A stretch of 35,493 bases of DNA from Octopus bimaculoides (Eukaryota): positions 41,452,218 through 41,487,710 of the forward strand of contig NC_068982.1 of the NCBI RefSeq assembly GCF_001194135.2. Direction: 5' to 3'. Shown here one piece after another: positions 1-10,742 of the stretch; the first letter of the stretch is position 1, and every line of letters starts with the position of its first letter. Position numbers and translations under genes: made by a program. The notes beneath the pieces are model-generated. The model made no database searches, was not told the DNA's origin, and saw nothing but the letters and a program-made list of their open reading frames with translations.

Positions 1-237
1 GGCATATAAAAGACACCATTTCGAGCGTGGCCGTTTTCGTGCGGGTGACACGTAAAAGCACCCACTACACTCTCTGAGTGGTTGGCGTTAGGAAGGGCAT
101 CCAGCTGTAGAAACTCTGCCAAATCAGACTGGAGCCTGGTGTTGCCATCCGGTTTCACCAGTCCTCAGTCAAATCGTCCAACCCATGCTAGCATGGAAAG
201 CGGACGTTAAACGATGATGATGATGATGATGATGATG
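1..237 (+). mobile_element. RTE LINE 3' end with (GAT)n tail; young, CpG-rich copy
   Basis: ggttggcgttaggaagggcatccagctgtagaaac...cggacgttaaacgatgatgat. Further + copies at about 1665-1862, 5945-6065, 13120-13320, 16990-17112, 20165-20405, 30775-30895. Confidence 0.85.
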
Positions 238-984
238 TAGGTCAGACAGAAATAATTGAAACAGTTTTTCTACAGTCAGTTACCCTTCTTGTAACCAACC
301 CTCACATGTTTTCAATCAAAGTAATATTTCCCCATGACTGGATGTTTTCATAGAAGATTGGAAATGACACTGCTTGTACAATGGCACACTCATTTACATC
401 TATCACACAATGTCAAGATTAGATGGCATGAACATAAACACACATGCAAGCACACAAGTGTACATACACACATGCACATGCATGCACCCCTCCCCCACAA
501 GTATGTACAAATATTACAAACATATATACATATGTATGATGGGTTTCTTTCAGTTTCTGCCTACCAAATCCACTCAAGGTTTTGGTTAACTTGGGGCTTT
601 AGTAGAAAACACTTGCCCAAGGTATCATGCCGTGGGACTGAACCTTAAACCACAAATTTAAGAAGTAAAATTCTTAACCACACTACTATGCCCTGGCAAT
701 ATAACTTCTGAAGATTGAAATTACATTAGTAGTTACCATTTCGAAAGCAATTTATCATTTTCTTTATTCTCCATTTTTGAATATGTTTCTATAACAGCAT
801 GGGAAGGATAATTTTGGGGAAATATATATTTGTATATATGTTAAGGTACTCCTGTATTCTCTCTCCATACATCTAGCCATTTGGTTGTAAAGTAGGAGTT
901 GTACATGATGTCAGCCTAGTGGACTGAAGCAAGCAAAATTATGTACCTTTCCTGTGAGGGCATAATATAGTGGTAGGGTCTTTT

Positions 985-1114
985 TAGTCATTATAAGTAG
1001 GAATTGTATGAAAAAAATTGTTAAAATATTTTGTATATTGTAGAAGTATAACCAATTTATTGTGCATAAATTTTAATGATAAAATCTTATATGGACCCTG
1101 GTTGAGAACCACTG
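985..1114. mobile_element. Right-end fragment of the same hAT MITE
   Basis: aaaatcttatatggaccctggttgagaaccactg; internal part matches 16080-16260. Confidence 0.65.
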
Positions 1115-1215
1115 GGATAGATGATTATTTGAAACTCAGACTTATTTTATAAAAATATTTTATCATTAATTAATCCTTTATATATTATATTTTTGACATA
1201 TTGATGATTTTTCAG

Positions 1216-1289
1216 GGTCTCAAAAAGCTTGGTCTTTCTATTGAGTCATCTTATCTAAGTATACAAAAACTGGTAGTCCGTCTTCAAAA
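1216..1289 (+). CDS. ANAPC4: APC4 internal exon (first in window), phase 0 to 2
   Basis: ttttcag|GGT...CAAAA|gtaagt; translates GLKKLGLSIESSYLSIQKLVVRLQ, matching recalled human APC4 GLKKLGQSIESSYSSIQKLVISHLQ. Confidence 0.95.
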
Positions 1290-2082
1290 GTAAGTTTTTT
1301 TTGGATTATTAATTCTGATATATTTACTACTGCTTGTTTTCGTCTGTTTTCATTTTATTAAGCAGTACATCTTTTATTTTTTTCTTCTCCTTTCATACTC
1401 TTACAAATTTACTTACCCATTCGCCCTGTCCAATCCTCTCTATCACTTTCCTTATATTCACTTTCCTGTCTCTTGAGGGTATGCCCTGGCACATCTTCAT
1501 AATTTTCTCTCTTTTTCAACGACATTAGCTATGTATCTCCTCTAAAGCAAGACACTTGAAGATGTTCCTTTATCATGCTTTAGCCTCCCTTCATCTGGCA
1601 TACCCCCCGCTCAATACTACACTACTCTCAATTGTAGGTCTTATCTTGTGAGTTACTTGGTTACCTCACAAGTGCCAGTCCCAAATAAAAAAAAAATCCC
1701 AGTACACACTGTAAAGTGGTTGGCACTAGGAAGGGTATCAAGCTATAGAAATCATCCCAAAACAGACATTGGGGCTTCATGCAGTCCTCTTGCTTACTGG
1801 CTCTTGTTGAACTTCCAGCCCATGCCATCATGGAAAACAGACAGTAAATGATGTTGATCCTCATATTGTTATCATCTCTTATATTCTAAATGCTTATTAG
1901 ATTGCTTCTTATCTGTGATTATCTATGTATCTTATACTTTATAGAATAGTTACATAACAGTTAATAACATTAGTAAAGCTGTAACATTGCAAATAATACC
2001 AAAAACTTCTCTTTGTTAGGTTTACATTTTTCTGAACATAATCCTTTTACTGTGAAATTAAATTTCATGGTTATTCTAGTAA

Positions 2083-2450
2083 TCATCATCATTGTTTAAT
2101 GTACGCTTTCCATGCTAGCATGGGTTGGAAGATTTGACTGAGGACTGGTGATCCAGATGACTACACCAGGCTCCAATCTAATTTGGCAGAGTTTCTACAG
2201 CTGGATGCCCTTCCTAATGCCAACCACTCCGAGAGTGTAGTGGGTGCTTTTACGTGCCACTGGCACGAAGGCCAGTCAGGCGGTACTGGCAACGGCCACA
2301 CTCAAAATGGTGTATTTTATGTGCCACCTGCACAGGAGCCAGTCCAGCGGCACTGGCAACGATCTCACTCGAATCTCTTTACACGTGCCAGGAACGCGAA
2401 GCTGCGGCACAAGTGCCAGGTAGGCGATGCTGGTAACGATCACACTCACA
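2083..2450 (-). mobile_element. RTE LINE 3' end
   Basis: Reverse complement of the 1-237 element with a (CAT)n tail at left. Further minus copies at about 3078-3390, 11095-11275, 33255-33325. Confidence 0.85.
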
Positions 2451-2637
2451 AATCACATTGCTTCAATAAACTTGATATAATTTGACATAACAGAAAATAG
2501 TTTCCTGCATGACATTTCTCAACAAAAGATAGATTAGTATATAAACTGCTTACCATAGTTAAATGCTAAGTTCCATTGTGATATTGTTTCTTTTTATAAA
2601 TTAGCTGACAAACGTATTTATTTTCTCCTGATTTTAG

Positions 2638-2790
2638 TGTTGGAGTATCAATAATGAATCATCTCAGAGATCTATATGGTATGTCAATGTGGTACGACAG
2701 ATTTGGTGTTGTAGGTTTGACTAGTAAGAGTTTACATGAAGCAGTTATGGCTTCTTGTACCTTTGTGATGAAGGCTAGTGAACTGCACCA
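2638..2790 (+). CDS. ANAPC4: APC4 internal exon, 153 nt, phase 2 to 2
   Basis: attttag|T GTT GGA...CAC CA|gtaagt; (N)VGVSIMNHLRDLYGMSMWYDRFGVVGLTSKSLHEAVMASCTFVMKASELH(Q), aligns to human ...LYHLSELKGMASWKQKYEPLGL...GSFILKANELLQ. Confidence 0.93.
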
Positions 2791-3591
2791 GTAAGTTGTT
2801 CTTTTATTATTTTGTTTGTATCATTATCTTGTTCTTTAAATATTGTCTACAAAAATTATATTGAATATCTATGAAAGGTTACATGTGTGTGTGTCATTTA
2901 CTTGTTTTACTCATTAGACTGCAGCCATGCTTTGAAGAATTTTAGTCGAATGTACTTATTATTTTTTTGTAAAGACTGGTACTTATTCTATTGGTCTCGT
3001 TTCCCAAACTGCTCCAGGCTATAGTAGAAGACACTTGCCCAAGGTGCCATGCAGTGGAACCCAAAATCATGTGGTTGAGAAGCTGGAAGGCTGCACCAGA
3101 CTCCAGTCTGATTTGGCATGGTTTTCTATGGCTGGATGCCCTCCCTAATGCCAACCACTCTTAGAGTGTGATGGATGCTTTTACATGCCACCGGCACGAC
3201 ACCAGTAGCTGCCACTTCTGCGAGTTTGCATGGCTTGATGGGTCTTCTTCTCAAGCATGACATAATGTCAAGGGTCTCGGTCATTGCTTCCGTCAGGCCT
3301 AACACAAAAGAACTCAGCCACTTTGGCTCACTGAGGCCCAACGCTTGAAAGGAACTCAGTCACTTTGCTTCCATGACACCCAATGCTCGAAAGCTGCTCT
3401 TTTTTTTTTTCTATCTTTGCAGCCCCTTACACTACAGTGGCCTCAAGCCTTGTATGGGAAAAAGTCATATACAAAAGAAAACAAAACAAAAAAAAAGCAA
3501 AAACAAAAAAAGACCCCCTTCAAAACGCCATTACGTCTGTTTTCATTGCTAATTTACAATCTATTCAGTGTTTTTCTTTTGTTTGTTTTAG

Positions 3592-3647
3592 AGTAATTGA
3601 CCGAAGTATTAAAAGTTTAAAAGCCTTTTTCCGATGGTTGTATGTTG
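3592..3647 (+). CDS. ANAPC4: APC4 internal exon, 56 nt, phase 2 to 1
   Basis: gttttag|A GTA ATT...GTT G|gtaagt; VIDRSIKSLKAFFRWLYV vs human VIDSSMKNFKAFFRWLYV. Confidence 0.96.
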
Positions 3648-3986
3648 GTAAGTTCAGAGTGTTAATTCAACTCTTATCTATTTTGGGAAAGACGTGTTTT
3701 GATTTTCTATATATGTTCTTAATTCTGTTTACAATGAAGCAGAAGGAAAACTGCTTAATGAATTAATAAACAAGAAATCAGGGTTGAGGAGAAAAAACAA
3801 AACAACATTTAAGCAAACTTGCTTTTACTCAGGTTAAAAAGTTAATCCTTCCATCACCAGTGAGAACACCTAAAAAGGCCTGAGTGCAGCTGGTGTCCAT
3901 GCTGACCAGTGGTGGCATGACTTTTTGTCTCCTTCTGATACTGTTCTTTGAACATAGCATATCCGTAAGAAATGTTCTCTCAGGAC

Positions 3987-4225
3987 AAGTATTTATTTCT
4001 TTATTGCCCATAGGGGACTAAACATAGAGGGGACAAACAAGGACAGACAAAGGGATTAAGTCGATTACACTGATCCCAGTGCATAACCGGTGCTTATTTA
4101 ATGGACCCTGAAAGGATGAAAGGCAAAGTCGGCCTTGGTGAAATTTGAACTCAGAACATAAAGACAGACGAAATACCGCTAAGCATTTCACCTGGCATGC
4201 TAACAATTCTGCCAGATCACCGCCT
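3987..4225 (-). mobile_element. SINE family B
   Basis: Reverse complement of ggcggcgagctggcagaa...gttagca...ttctgagttcaaatt...gactttgcctttcatcc...; also at about 14320-14520 (-) and 21980-22185 (+). Confidence 0.82.
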
Positions 4226-4482
4226 CAGGACAAATATTGCAGTAACTGGCCTATTGACAGTGTGTATTAATTGGCTTTTTAAAAAAAAAAATAATAATAA
4301 ATGACCATTCTGAAATATAACAATATCTGTTTCAACACTTGATTTCACATCAGTAATTTTTCAAAATAAATACACAGATGTAATATTTGAATGTTTAGCT
4401 CAATTTTTCTCATTTCTTTTAGATGGCTTGTTCATTTTTTAATACACTTTGTACAATTCATATATAAGCTACANNNNNNNNN

Positions 4483-4752
4483 NTGACTGAGGACTGGCGA
4501 ACCAGATGGCTACACCAGGCTATAATCTGATTTGGCAGAGTTTCTACAGCTGGATGCCCTTCCTAACGCCAACCACTCTGAGAGTGTAGTGGGTGCTTTT
4601 ACGTGCCACCAGCACGAAGGCCAGTCAGGCGGTACTGGCAATGGCCACGCTCAAAATGGTGTATTTTATGTGCCAGCTGCACAGGAGCTAGTCCAGCGGC
4701 ACTGGCAACAATCTCACTCGAATGTCTTTACATGTGCCAGGAAGGCGATTTG
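4483..4752 (-). mobile_element. RTE LINE 3' end next to a 10-N gap
   Basis: Nearly identical to 2135-2390. Confidence 0.85.
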
Positions 4753-5095
4753 TTAGTGTGCGTGTTTATTTGGCAAAAAAAAAAAAAAAATAATAATAAA
4801 TGACCATTCTGAAATATAACAATATCTGTTTCAACACTTGATTTCACATCAGTAATTTTTCAAAATAAATACACAGATGTAATATTTGAATGTTTAGCTC
4901 AATTTTTCTCATTTCTTTTAGATGGCTTGTTCATTTTTTAATACACTTTGTACAATTCATATATAAGCTACAATTTAAAGAAATGATTTTCATATTTACT
5001 TTTATAACTTGTCAAAGTAATTTTTTTTTTTTACCTTTTTAAACACTATGACTGTTAGAAAACTATATTTTTTTTATATACTTTAATATTTTTAG

Positions 5096-5145
5096 TTATG
5101 TTACGTTTGGCTGGTGAATTACCTCCAACTCAAGAACTCAGTAAG
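5096..5145 (+). CDS. ANAPC4: APC4 internal exon, 50 nt, phase 1 to 0
   Basis: tttttag|TT ATG...AGT AAG|gtcagc; (V)MLRLAGELPPTQELSK vs human AMLRMTEDHVLPELNK; its phase bridges both neighbouring exons. Confidence 0.9.
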
Positions 5146-5159
5146 GTCAGCAATCTCAC

Positions 5160-5545
5160 ATTTATTTCTTTTATTCTTTTACTTGTTTCAGTCATCTGAC
5201 TGTGGCCATGCTGGAACACCACCTTTAGTTGAACAAATTGATTCTAGGACTTATTTTTGTAAGCCTAGTACTTATTCTATCAGTCTCTTTTGCCGAACCA
5301 CTAAGTTACGGGGACGTAAACACATCAATGTCAGTGTCAAGTGATGGTGGGGGGGAGAAACATAAACACACAAATACATACATATACGACGGGCTTCTTT
5401 CAGTTTCTGTCTACCAAATCCACTTACAAGGCTTTGGTTGGCCTGAGGCTATAGTAGAAGACACTTGCCCAAGGTGCCATGCAGTGGGATTGAACCTGGA
5501 ACCATGTGTTTGTGAAGCAAGCTTCTTTCCACACTGCTACTCTTG
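5160..5545 (-). mobile_element. tRNA-head SINE family A, near full length
   Basis: Consensus ggctgtgtggtaag...ggttcagtcccactg...accttgggcaagtgtcttctactatagcc...gaaactgaaagaagccc...gtgctccagcatggcc...gactgaaacaagtaaaag. Other minus copies at about 530-690, 2895-3075, 9440-9595, 15890-15965, 25745-26150, 29755-29950, 30305-30475. Confidence 0.85.
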
Positions 5546-6273
5546 TGCCTCTGAAGGATTGAAAAATTATGTTTTGAAATGTTAATCTAGACTTTTAGCT
5601 ATCATATAAGCATATGATTTTAATGGTGTTGAATTCCTAGATATGAAGAAAATAAATGTCTGTTGTACTAAAGGTATAATAAAAGAATAGTGTGTTAATA
5701 TTGAGCAAAGGTTAGTAAATTTCATGCCATATTCAATCCAGTTCAGTTCAGTTTTGTGTATGTGTATGTATTTCACATAGGCATTGTGATACTAATAACC
5801 TGGTGTAGAACTCAATATACATATGCTTCTGAACAAACATTAGTTAAGTACAGAGTGATAATGAGAAAAATGATGACAAAGGAATAAATGATTCATCTCC
5901 AATATTTGGTGGAAACATGTCTGTCCATAAAGAAATACTAGCTTGCTTGGAAACAGGTCAGGGTTGGTGACAGGAAAGGCATTTAGCTGTAGAAAAATCT
6001 GCCTTAAAAAAATCCTGTCCGACCCTTGCAAGCATGGAAAAGTGGATGCCAAAATGATGATGATAAACATCACTACTATGCAAGATATACAGAGTAAATA
6101 TTATGCTACTCGAATATTTTTAAAGATTTTATCTAGTAATTCTAGTGACTTTAGTTAATTGTATATATTATATAAAATCCATGATAGTAACAGATCATTT
6201 TATTTATTAAATAATTATTATATTTAAAGTATTCTTAAAATGTATTTTTTTTTATATATTTGTAATATTGCAG

Positions 6274-6339
6274 ATGACTCAACATGATTTCAACTTTGTT
6301 GCCGAGTTTATTCGGGATAATTTTGATCAGTTATCTCTG
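6274..6339 (+). CDS. ANAPC4: APC4 internal exon, 66 nt, phase 0 to 0
   Basis: ttgcag|ATG ACT...TCT CTG|gtaagc; MTQHDFNFVAEFIRDNFDQLSL vs human MTQKDITFVAEFLTEHF. Confidence 0.94.
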
Positions 6340-6524
6340 GTAAGCATATTAGGTTCATATTATTTCATGGCAGTTCCACTGAGGTCAACTTTACCTTTCA
6401 TCCTTTTGGGGTTGATAAGTTAAGTACCTGTTGCGTACTAGGGTCGATCTAATCGACAGCCCCCCCCCCCCNNNNNNNNNNATCAGTTATCTCTGGTAAG
6501 CATATTAGGTTCATATTATTTCAT

Positions 6525-6985
6525 GGCAGTGAGCTGGCAGAATTGTTAGCACACTGGACAAAATGCTTAGCAGCATTTCGTCTCTCTGTACATTCTGAGT
6601 TCAAATTCTTATTTCTTTATTGCCCACAAAGGGCTAAACATAGAGAGGACACACAAGGACAGACAAAGGGGTTAAGTCAATAACGTTGACCCCAGTGCGT
6701 AACTGGTACTTAATTTATCGACCCTGAAAGGATGAAAGGTAAAGTCGACCTCGGCAGAATTTGAACTCAGAACGTAATGGCAGATGAAATACCGCTAAGC
6801 ATTTTGCCCGGCGTGCTAACATTTCTGCCAACTCGCCGCCTTTCAAATTCTGCCAAGGTCAGTGTTGCCTTTTGTCTTTTGTGGTTGATAAAATATGTAC
6901 CAGTTGAACACTAGGGTTGATGTAATCGACTTGCTCCATCCCCTCAACAGTTTCAGGCCTTGTCCTTATAGTAGAAAAAATTATT
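6525..6985 (+). mobile_element. SINE-B (+) interrupted by an antisense SINE-B
   Basis: Head 6525-6609 and tail 6852-6985; the insertion is bounded by a duplicated ttcaaattct. Confidence 0.85.
6610..6841 (-). mobile_element. Nested younger SINE-B with a 10-bp TSD
   Basis: TSD ttcaaattct at 6600-6609 and 6842-6851; retains CpGs. Confidence 0.88.
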
Positions 6986-7858
6986 TCATGTTATATCAGA
7001 AATTTTGTTTTTTAGAATTTTTTTTTGTAGATTCACAAAATTTAATCCTTAATTAGATGCTGAATGTCTTCACTTAATTTTGTTGAGAGGTTCTTGAGAA
7101 ATGCAACTTTAAGTGAAATGACCCAAAGCAAAGCCAATTTTACCATAGGTTCAATGATATAAACAAAAGTTAGATTCCTATGATATATTCCTTCATTATA
7201 TCCCTTATCACAAAAAACATCAATAAACTTCTAAATAAAGACTCAAAACACATCATTAAATATATGTTTGCTATAAATTCTTATGAGAAAGATTATTAAA
7301 AATCAATAAGATAAGTTACTTATGTCCAATATTTGTTATCAAATCTTATCAATGTTTTCCATCATACAAGTTGACATAGTATGTAGGGTAAGCATTCAAG
7401 CATTGTAACTATCTTTCTAAATCCAGCTGCATTTCACATGGAATTTTTAGTCCTTGACAATTTATTTTGGTCTGAAAAATTCAACTTTTATGCTGGAAAA
7501 TATGATATGCAACATCTACTTTTAACATATACTTCATATTGTTTACTTTTGCTCTAAGTAAGTTTCTTGTTGCTATCAAAGATAAAGCTTCTGATTTGCT
7601 TTCACACTGTATTCTAATTCTACCATTTTGGTGTTTTCCAGTTCATTGAACTGTTTACATAAATCATAAGGTTTATGTTGGTTTCTGACTTTATATTCCA
7701 TTTTTGGTGAGTTTAGTTCCCATCTGAACAGCATAAATTCATGATGAGCAGAAATTGGTGAAGATAGGAATAACAGTTTGATAATACCTGCATTTGTGAT
7801 ATTAATTCATACTGGTTCCCTTGAATTAATATATTCCGTTTATTTTTATGTTTTGAAG

Positions 7859-7909
7859 AATAAAGATGACAGTAAGAAGCCAGGATTTAAATTAGAGAAA
7901 GTTGGCCAG
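7859..7909 (+). CDS. ANAPC4: APC4 internal exon, 51 nt, phase 0 to 0
   Basis: ttttgaag|AAT...GGC CAG|gtaagt; NKDDSKKPGFKLEKVGQ vs human ...KYFNVERVGQ; the acceptor is the less common AAG. Confidence 0.88.
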
Positions 7910-8182
7910 GTAAGTCACCTTTAAATTCCTACTTTGTGTCTGAATTGAACTGTTATAATAAGTGAGCTATTTAAACACATGACAACACCATGTCTATAAG
8001 TAATAGTTACAAACTTAACCATGTTAGTCTGGTATGGTACCTTCATGATCGTCATTTAATGTCCACTTTTCCATACTTGCATGGGTCTGATGGAATTTGT
8101 TGAGGCAGCCAGTGCTTGATGGCTAGGGAACATACAAACACACTGACATGCATATATAAATATATATACATATATATATATA

Positions 8183-9433
8183 TTGGGTCATCCCGTAAAT
8201 AATGCGGTTTTTCAATTGCATGAACTAAGAGTTAGAGAGGACAGGATAAACTACCTGCATCAATTTGCTATAAAAGCGGGTAGTAATTTTACCTTGTGCT
8301 TACTCTTAGTGCAAGTTTTGAAGAGTGCAGTTCGATTTTAACAGTTATTTTTTCAAAGCTATAATGGAAGTCACAAAGGAGCATATTTGGCATATTTTGC
8401 TTTATGAGTTCAATAAAGGTAACAACGCAACAGAAAGTGCGAGAAATATTAATGCAGTATATGGGGATTGGACAATAAGCGTAAGCCAGTGTCAACGGTG
8501 TTTCCAGAAATTCTGAGCCGGAAGACGAGCCTCGTCCTGGAAGATCTGTAGAGCTCGACAAGGACGTCCTACAAACCCTGGTGGAACAAAATCCCATTGT
8601 AACTGTTGAGGAACTAGCAGAGAAGCTTGGATTTGGTCATTCATCTGTTCATCAACACCTGTGTGCCATTGGAAAAGTTAGCAAATTGGGTCAATGGGTT
8701 CCTCACAAACTTTCTGTGTCCAATCACATGCAGAGAGTGAATGTGTGCTCTTTGCTGTCACGTCTCATGAATGGGCCTTTTTTGGACTGAATAGTGACTG
8801 GTGACAAGAAATGGATTCTCTATAAAAATGTCAAGTGCTGAAGACAGTGGGTAAGGAAAGGAAAAACACCAGCATCCCAGGCTAAAGAAAGTCTTCACCC
8901 ACATAAGGTATTATCTGTTTGGTGAGATATGAAAGGTGTACTCCACTTTGAACCCAAAACTAGATGATAACAAAGGAGATCAACTGTGAGCCGCTTAAGT
9001 CAGTGCTAGAAGAAAGACAACCATTTTTGGTTTCAAGACAAAAGGTGTTCTTCCATCAGGATAATGCTTGGCCACATACAGCGAGGATGATATTCCAAAA
9101 GCTGGAGCAGTTTGAATGAGAATTGATACCCCACCCACCATATTCACCGGACATTGCTCCATCAGATTATCATTTATTCTACAGTCTTCAAAATCATTTG
9201 AATGGAAAAAAATACGAATTCTATAGACAAGGACAGAACAATACTGGAGGAGTAGTTTTCATCATGGACAAGTGAATTTTGGAAGAGGGGCCTTGCAAGT
9301 TTACCTGATAGATGGAAGAGCATTGTAGAAAATGAAGGAGAGTATATTTTAGATTAAAGAAAATCTTTGTTTATCTTAATTTTGAAAAATAAAAGAAGTA
9401 TTAAAAAACCACATTATTTATGGGATGAACCAA
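8183..9433 (+). mobile_element. Full-length (1251 bp) decayed mariner (Tc1/mariner, D,D34D) transposon
   Basis: TA TSDs at 8181-8182 and 9434-9435; 30-bp TIRs ttgggtcatcccgtaaataatgcggttttt vs reverse complement of the right end ttggttcatcccataaataatgtggttttt (3 mismatches); internal transposase motifs. Confidence 0.96.
8364..9357 (+). pseudogene. Mariner transposase pseudogene
   Basis: MEVTKEHIWHILLYEFNKG..., EPRPGR, WVPHKL, IVTGDKKW, HQDNAWPH, PHPPYSPDIAPSDYHLF, GEYILD*; exactly 34 residues between the last two catalytic D; several in-frame stops and frameshifts. Confidence 0.95.
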
Positions 9434-10073
9434 TACATGTGAAAGGCTGTTTTCAGTTTCTATCTACCAAATCTGCTACAAGACTTTGGTCTACCTGGGG
9501 CTATAGAAGACACTTGCCCAAGGTACCATAGAGTGGGACTGAACCCAAGATCACATGGTCAAGAGCAAGCTTCTTAACTACATAGCCATGCCTATGACTA
9601 TAAGGTATATTGAATGAAATACTAGAAACTTCTTGTAATGATGAGAACATGGTTCTCTTGGCATAACTTGTAGCACACATCTAAGTAACTGAAATCTGGT
9701 CACCCCCAACACATGAAACGTAGTTGAGTTTTTAACATTTTTCTGTATGCTATTATCTGATCAATTACATTGTAATCTGTATGCTATTATCTAATGGATT
9801 ACCTTTCATGCGCGCGCGCACTTGCACGCACACACGCCTTGAATCTGGCTACTTCTTCCCCTCCTCAAATACTCCCCCCTACTTAGTCAACAGAGCTTTT
9901 TTTCCCTTCCCTTGTTCTTTCAGGTATAAGTAAAAAATTGCATTGTTTTGGTTTTAAAAAATGATATTTAAAAGGCATATATCAACCAAAGCTCCATAAA
10001 AACTATACTACTCTACTAACTCCAATATATTTAGTGTTCTGTTTCAAAATATAAATGTATATTTTTTCTACAG

Positions 10074-10161
10074 TACTTGCGGAAAGAAGATTTACAATTC
10101 CCACCTGATAATTCCAAGAACCCCTGGGTAAAATTCTCTCAAAGTCATCCAGTTCTTGCTA
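10074..10161 (+). CDS. ANAPC4: APC4 internal exon, 88 nt, phase 0 to 1
   Basis: tttctacag|TAC TTG...GCT A|gtaagt; YLRKEDLQFPPDNSKNPWVKFSQSHPVLA vs human YLKDEDDDLVSPPNTEGNQWYDFLQ. Confidence 0.93.
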
Positions 10162-10644
10162 GTAAGTATAGAGTTTGCTGTCTTTTTATTTTATGTACTT
10201 TTAATTTAATGTATTTTCAAAAGTATATCACTACCATATTTCCCTTGGCAAATATGTCAGTGATGGACTTTTAAGAAGGTGGAAGGCATTACCTGCTATG
10301 ATTTTCTTTCCAAATAGTTTTATTTTTAAAAATATAGACATAACAATTAAATTTCTGGTCCAAAATTATTATTGTTATGATTTTTGTTATTGGAATATAA
10401 AAGCAGTCATTTGTGTGGTTAAGAAGTTTGCCTCCTAACCACATGGTCTCAGGTTCATTCTCACTGTGTGGCATCTTAGGCAAGTGTCTTTTACTTTGGT
10501 CTTGGGTTGACCAAAGCCTTATGAGTAGATTCATTCATCATCATAGTATTTCTCTCTTTTTTATCCATACCTGAACACAATTGCTTTCGGCTTCTTGGAA
10601 CGTCCCTTTTCAAGCTAATGTGAATCATTTTCTTTTTATTGCAG

Positions 10645-10742
10645 ATAGTACATTGCTGTATTCAGTGAAACCAAATAACTCATTGGTGCAAGTGCAACAG
10701 ATTCTAGAAGAAAAAATTGAATTGGCTCTCACTAAACCAACT
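10645..10742 (+). CDS. ANAPC4: APC4 internal exon, 98 nt, phase 1 to 0
   Basis: ttattgcag|AT AGT...CCA ACT|gtaagt; (N)STLLYSVKPNNSLVQVQQILEEKIELALTKPT vs human ESPLLFPYYPRKSLHFVKRRMENIIDQCLQKPA. Confidence 0.9.

Noticed and set aside
2183-2485. Recurrent ORFs MAEFLQLDALPNANHSES... and MALGRASS... (also 4532, 29968, 34703)
   Set aside because: They are chance readings of the RTE 3' UTR repeat, not a gene family.
5229-5585. 118-aa ORF with a signal-peptide-like start (MNKLILGLIFVSLVLILSVSFAEP)
   Set aside because: Lies entirely in the antisense strand of a SINE-A copy; the same reading recurs in other copies.
9805-9840. Alternating purine-pyrimidine run gcgcgcgcgcacttgcacgcacacacgc (possible Z-DNA)
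   Set aside because: Short, interrupted, and typical of decayed CA microsatellites in this genome; no functional evidence.
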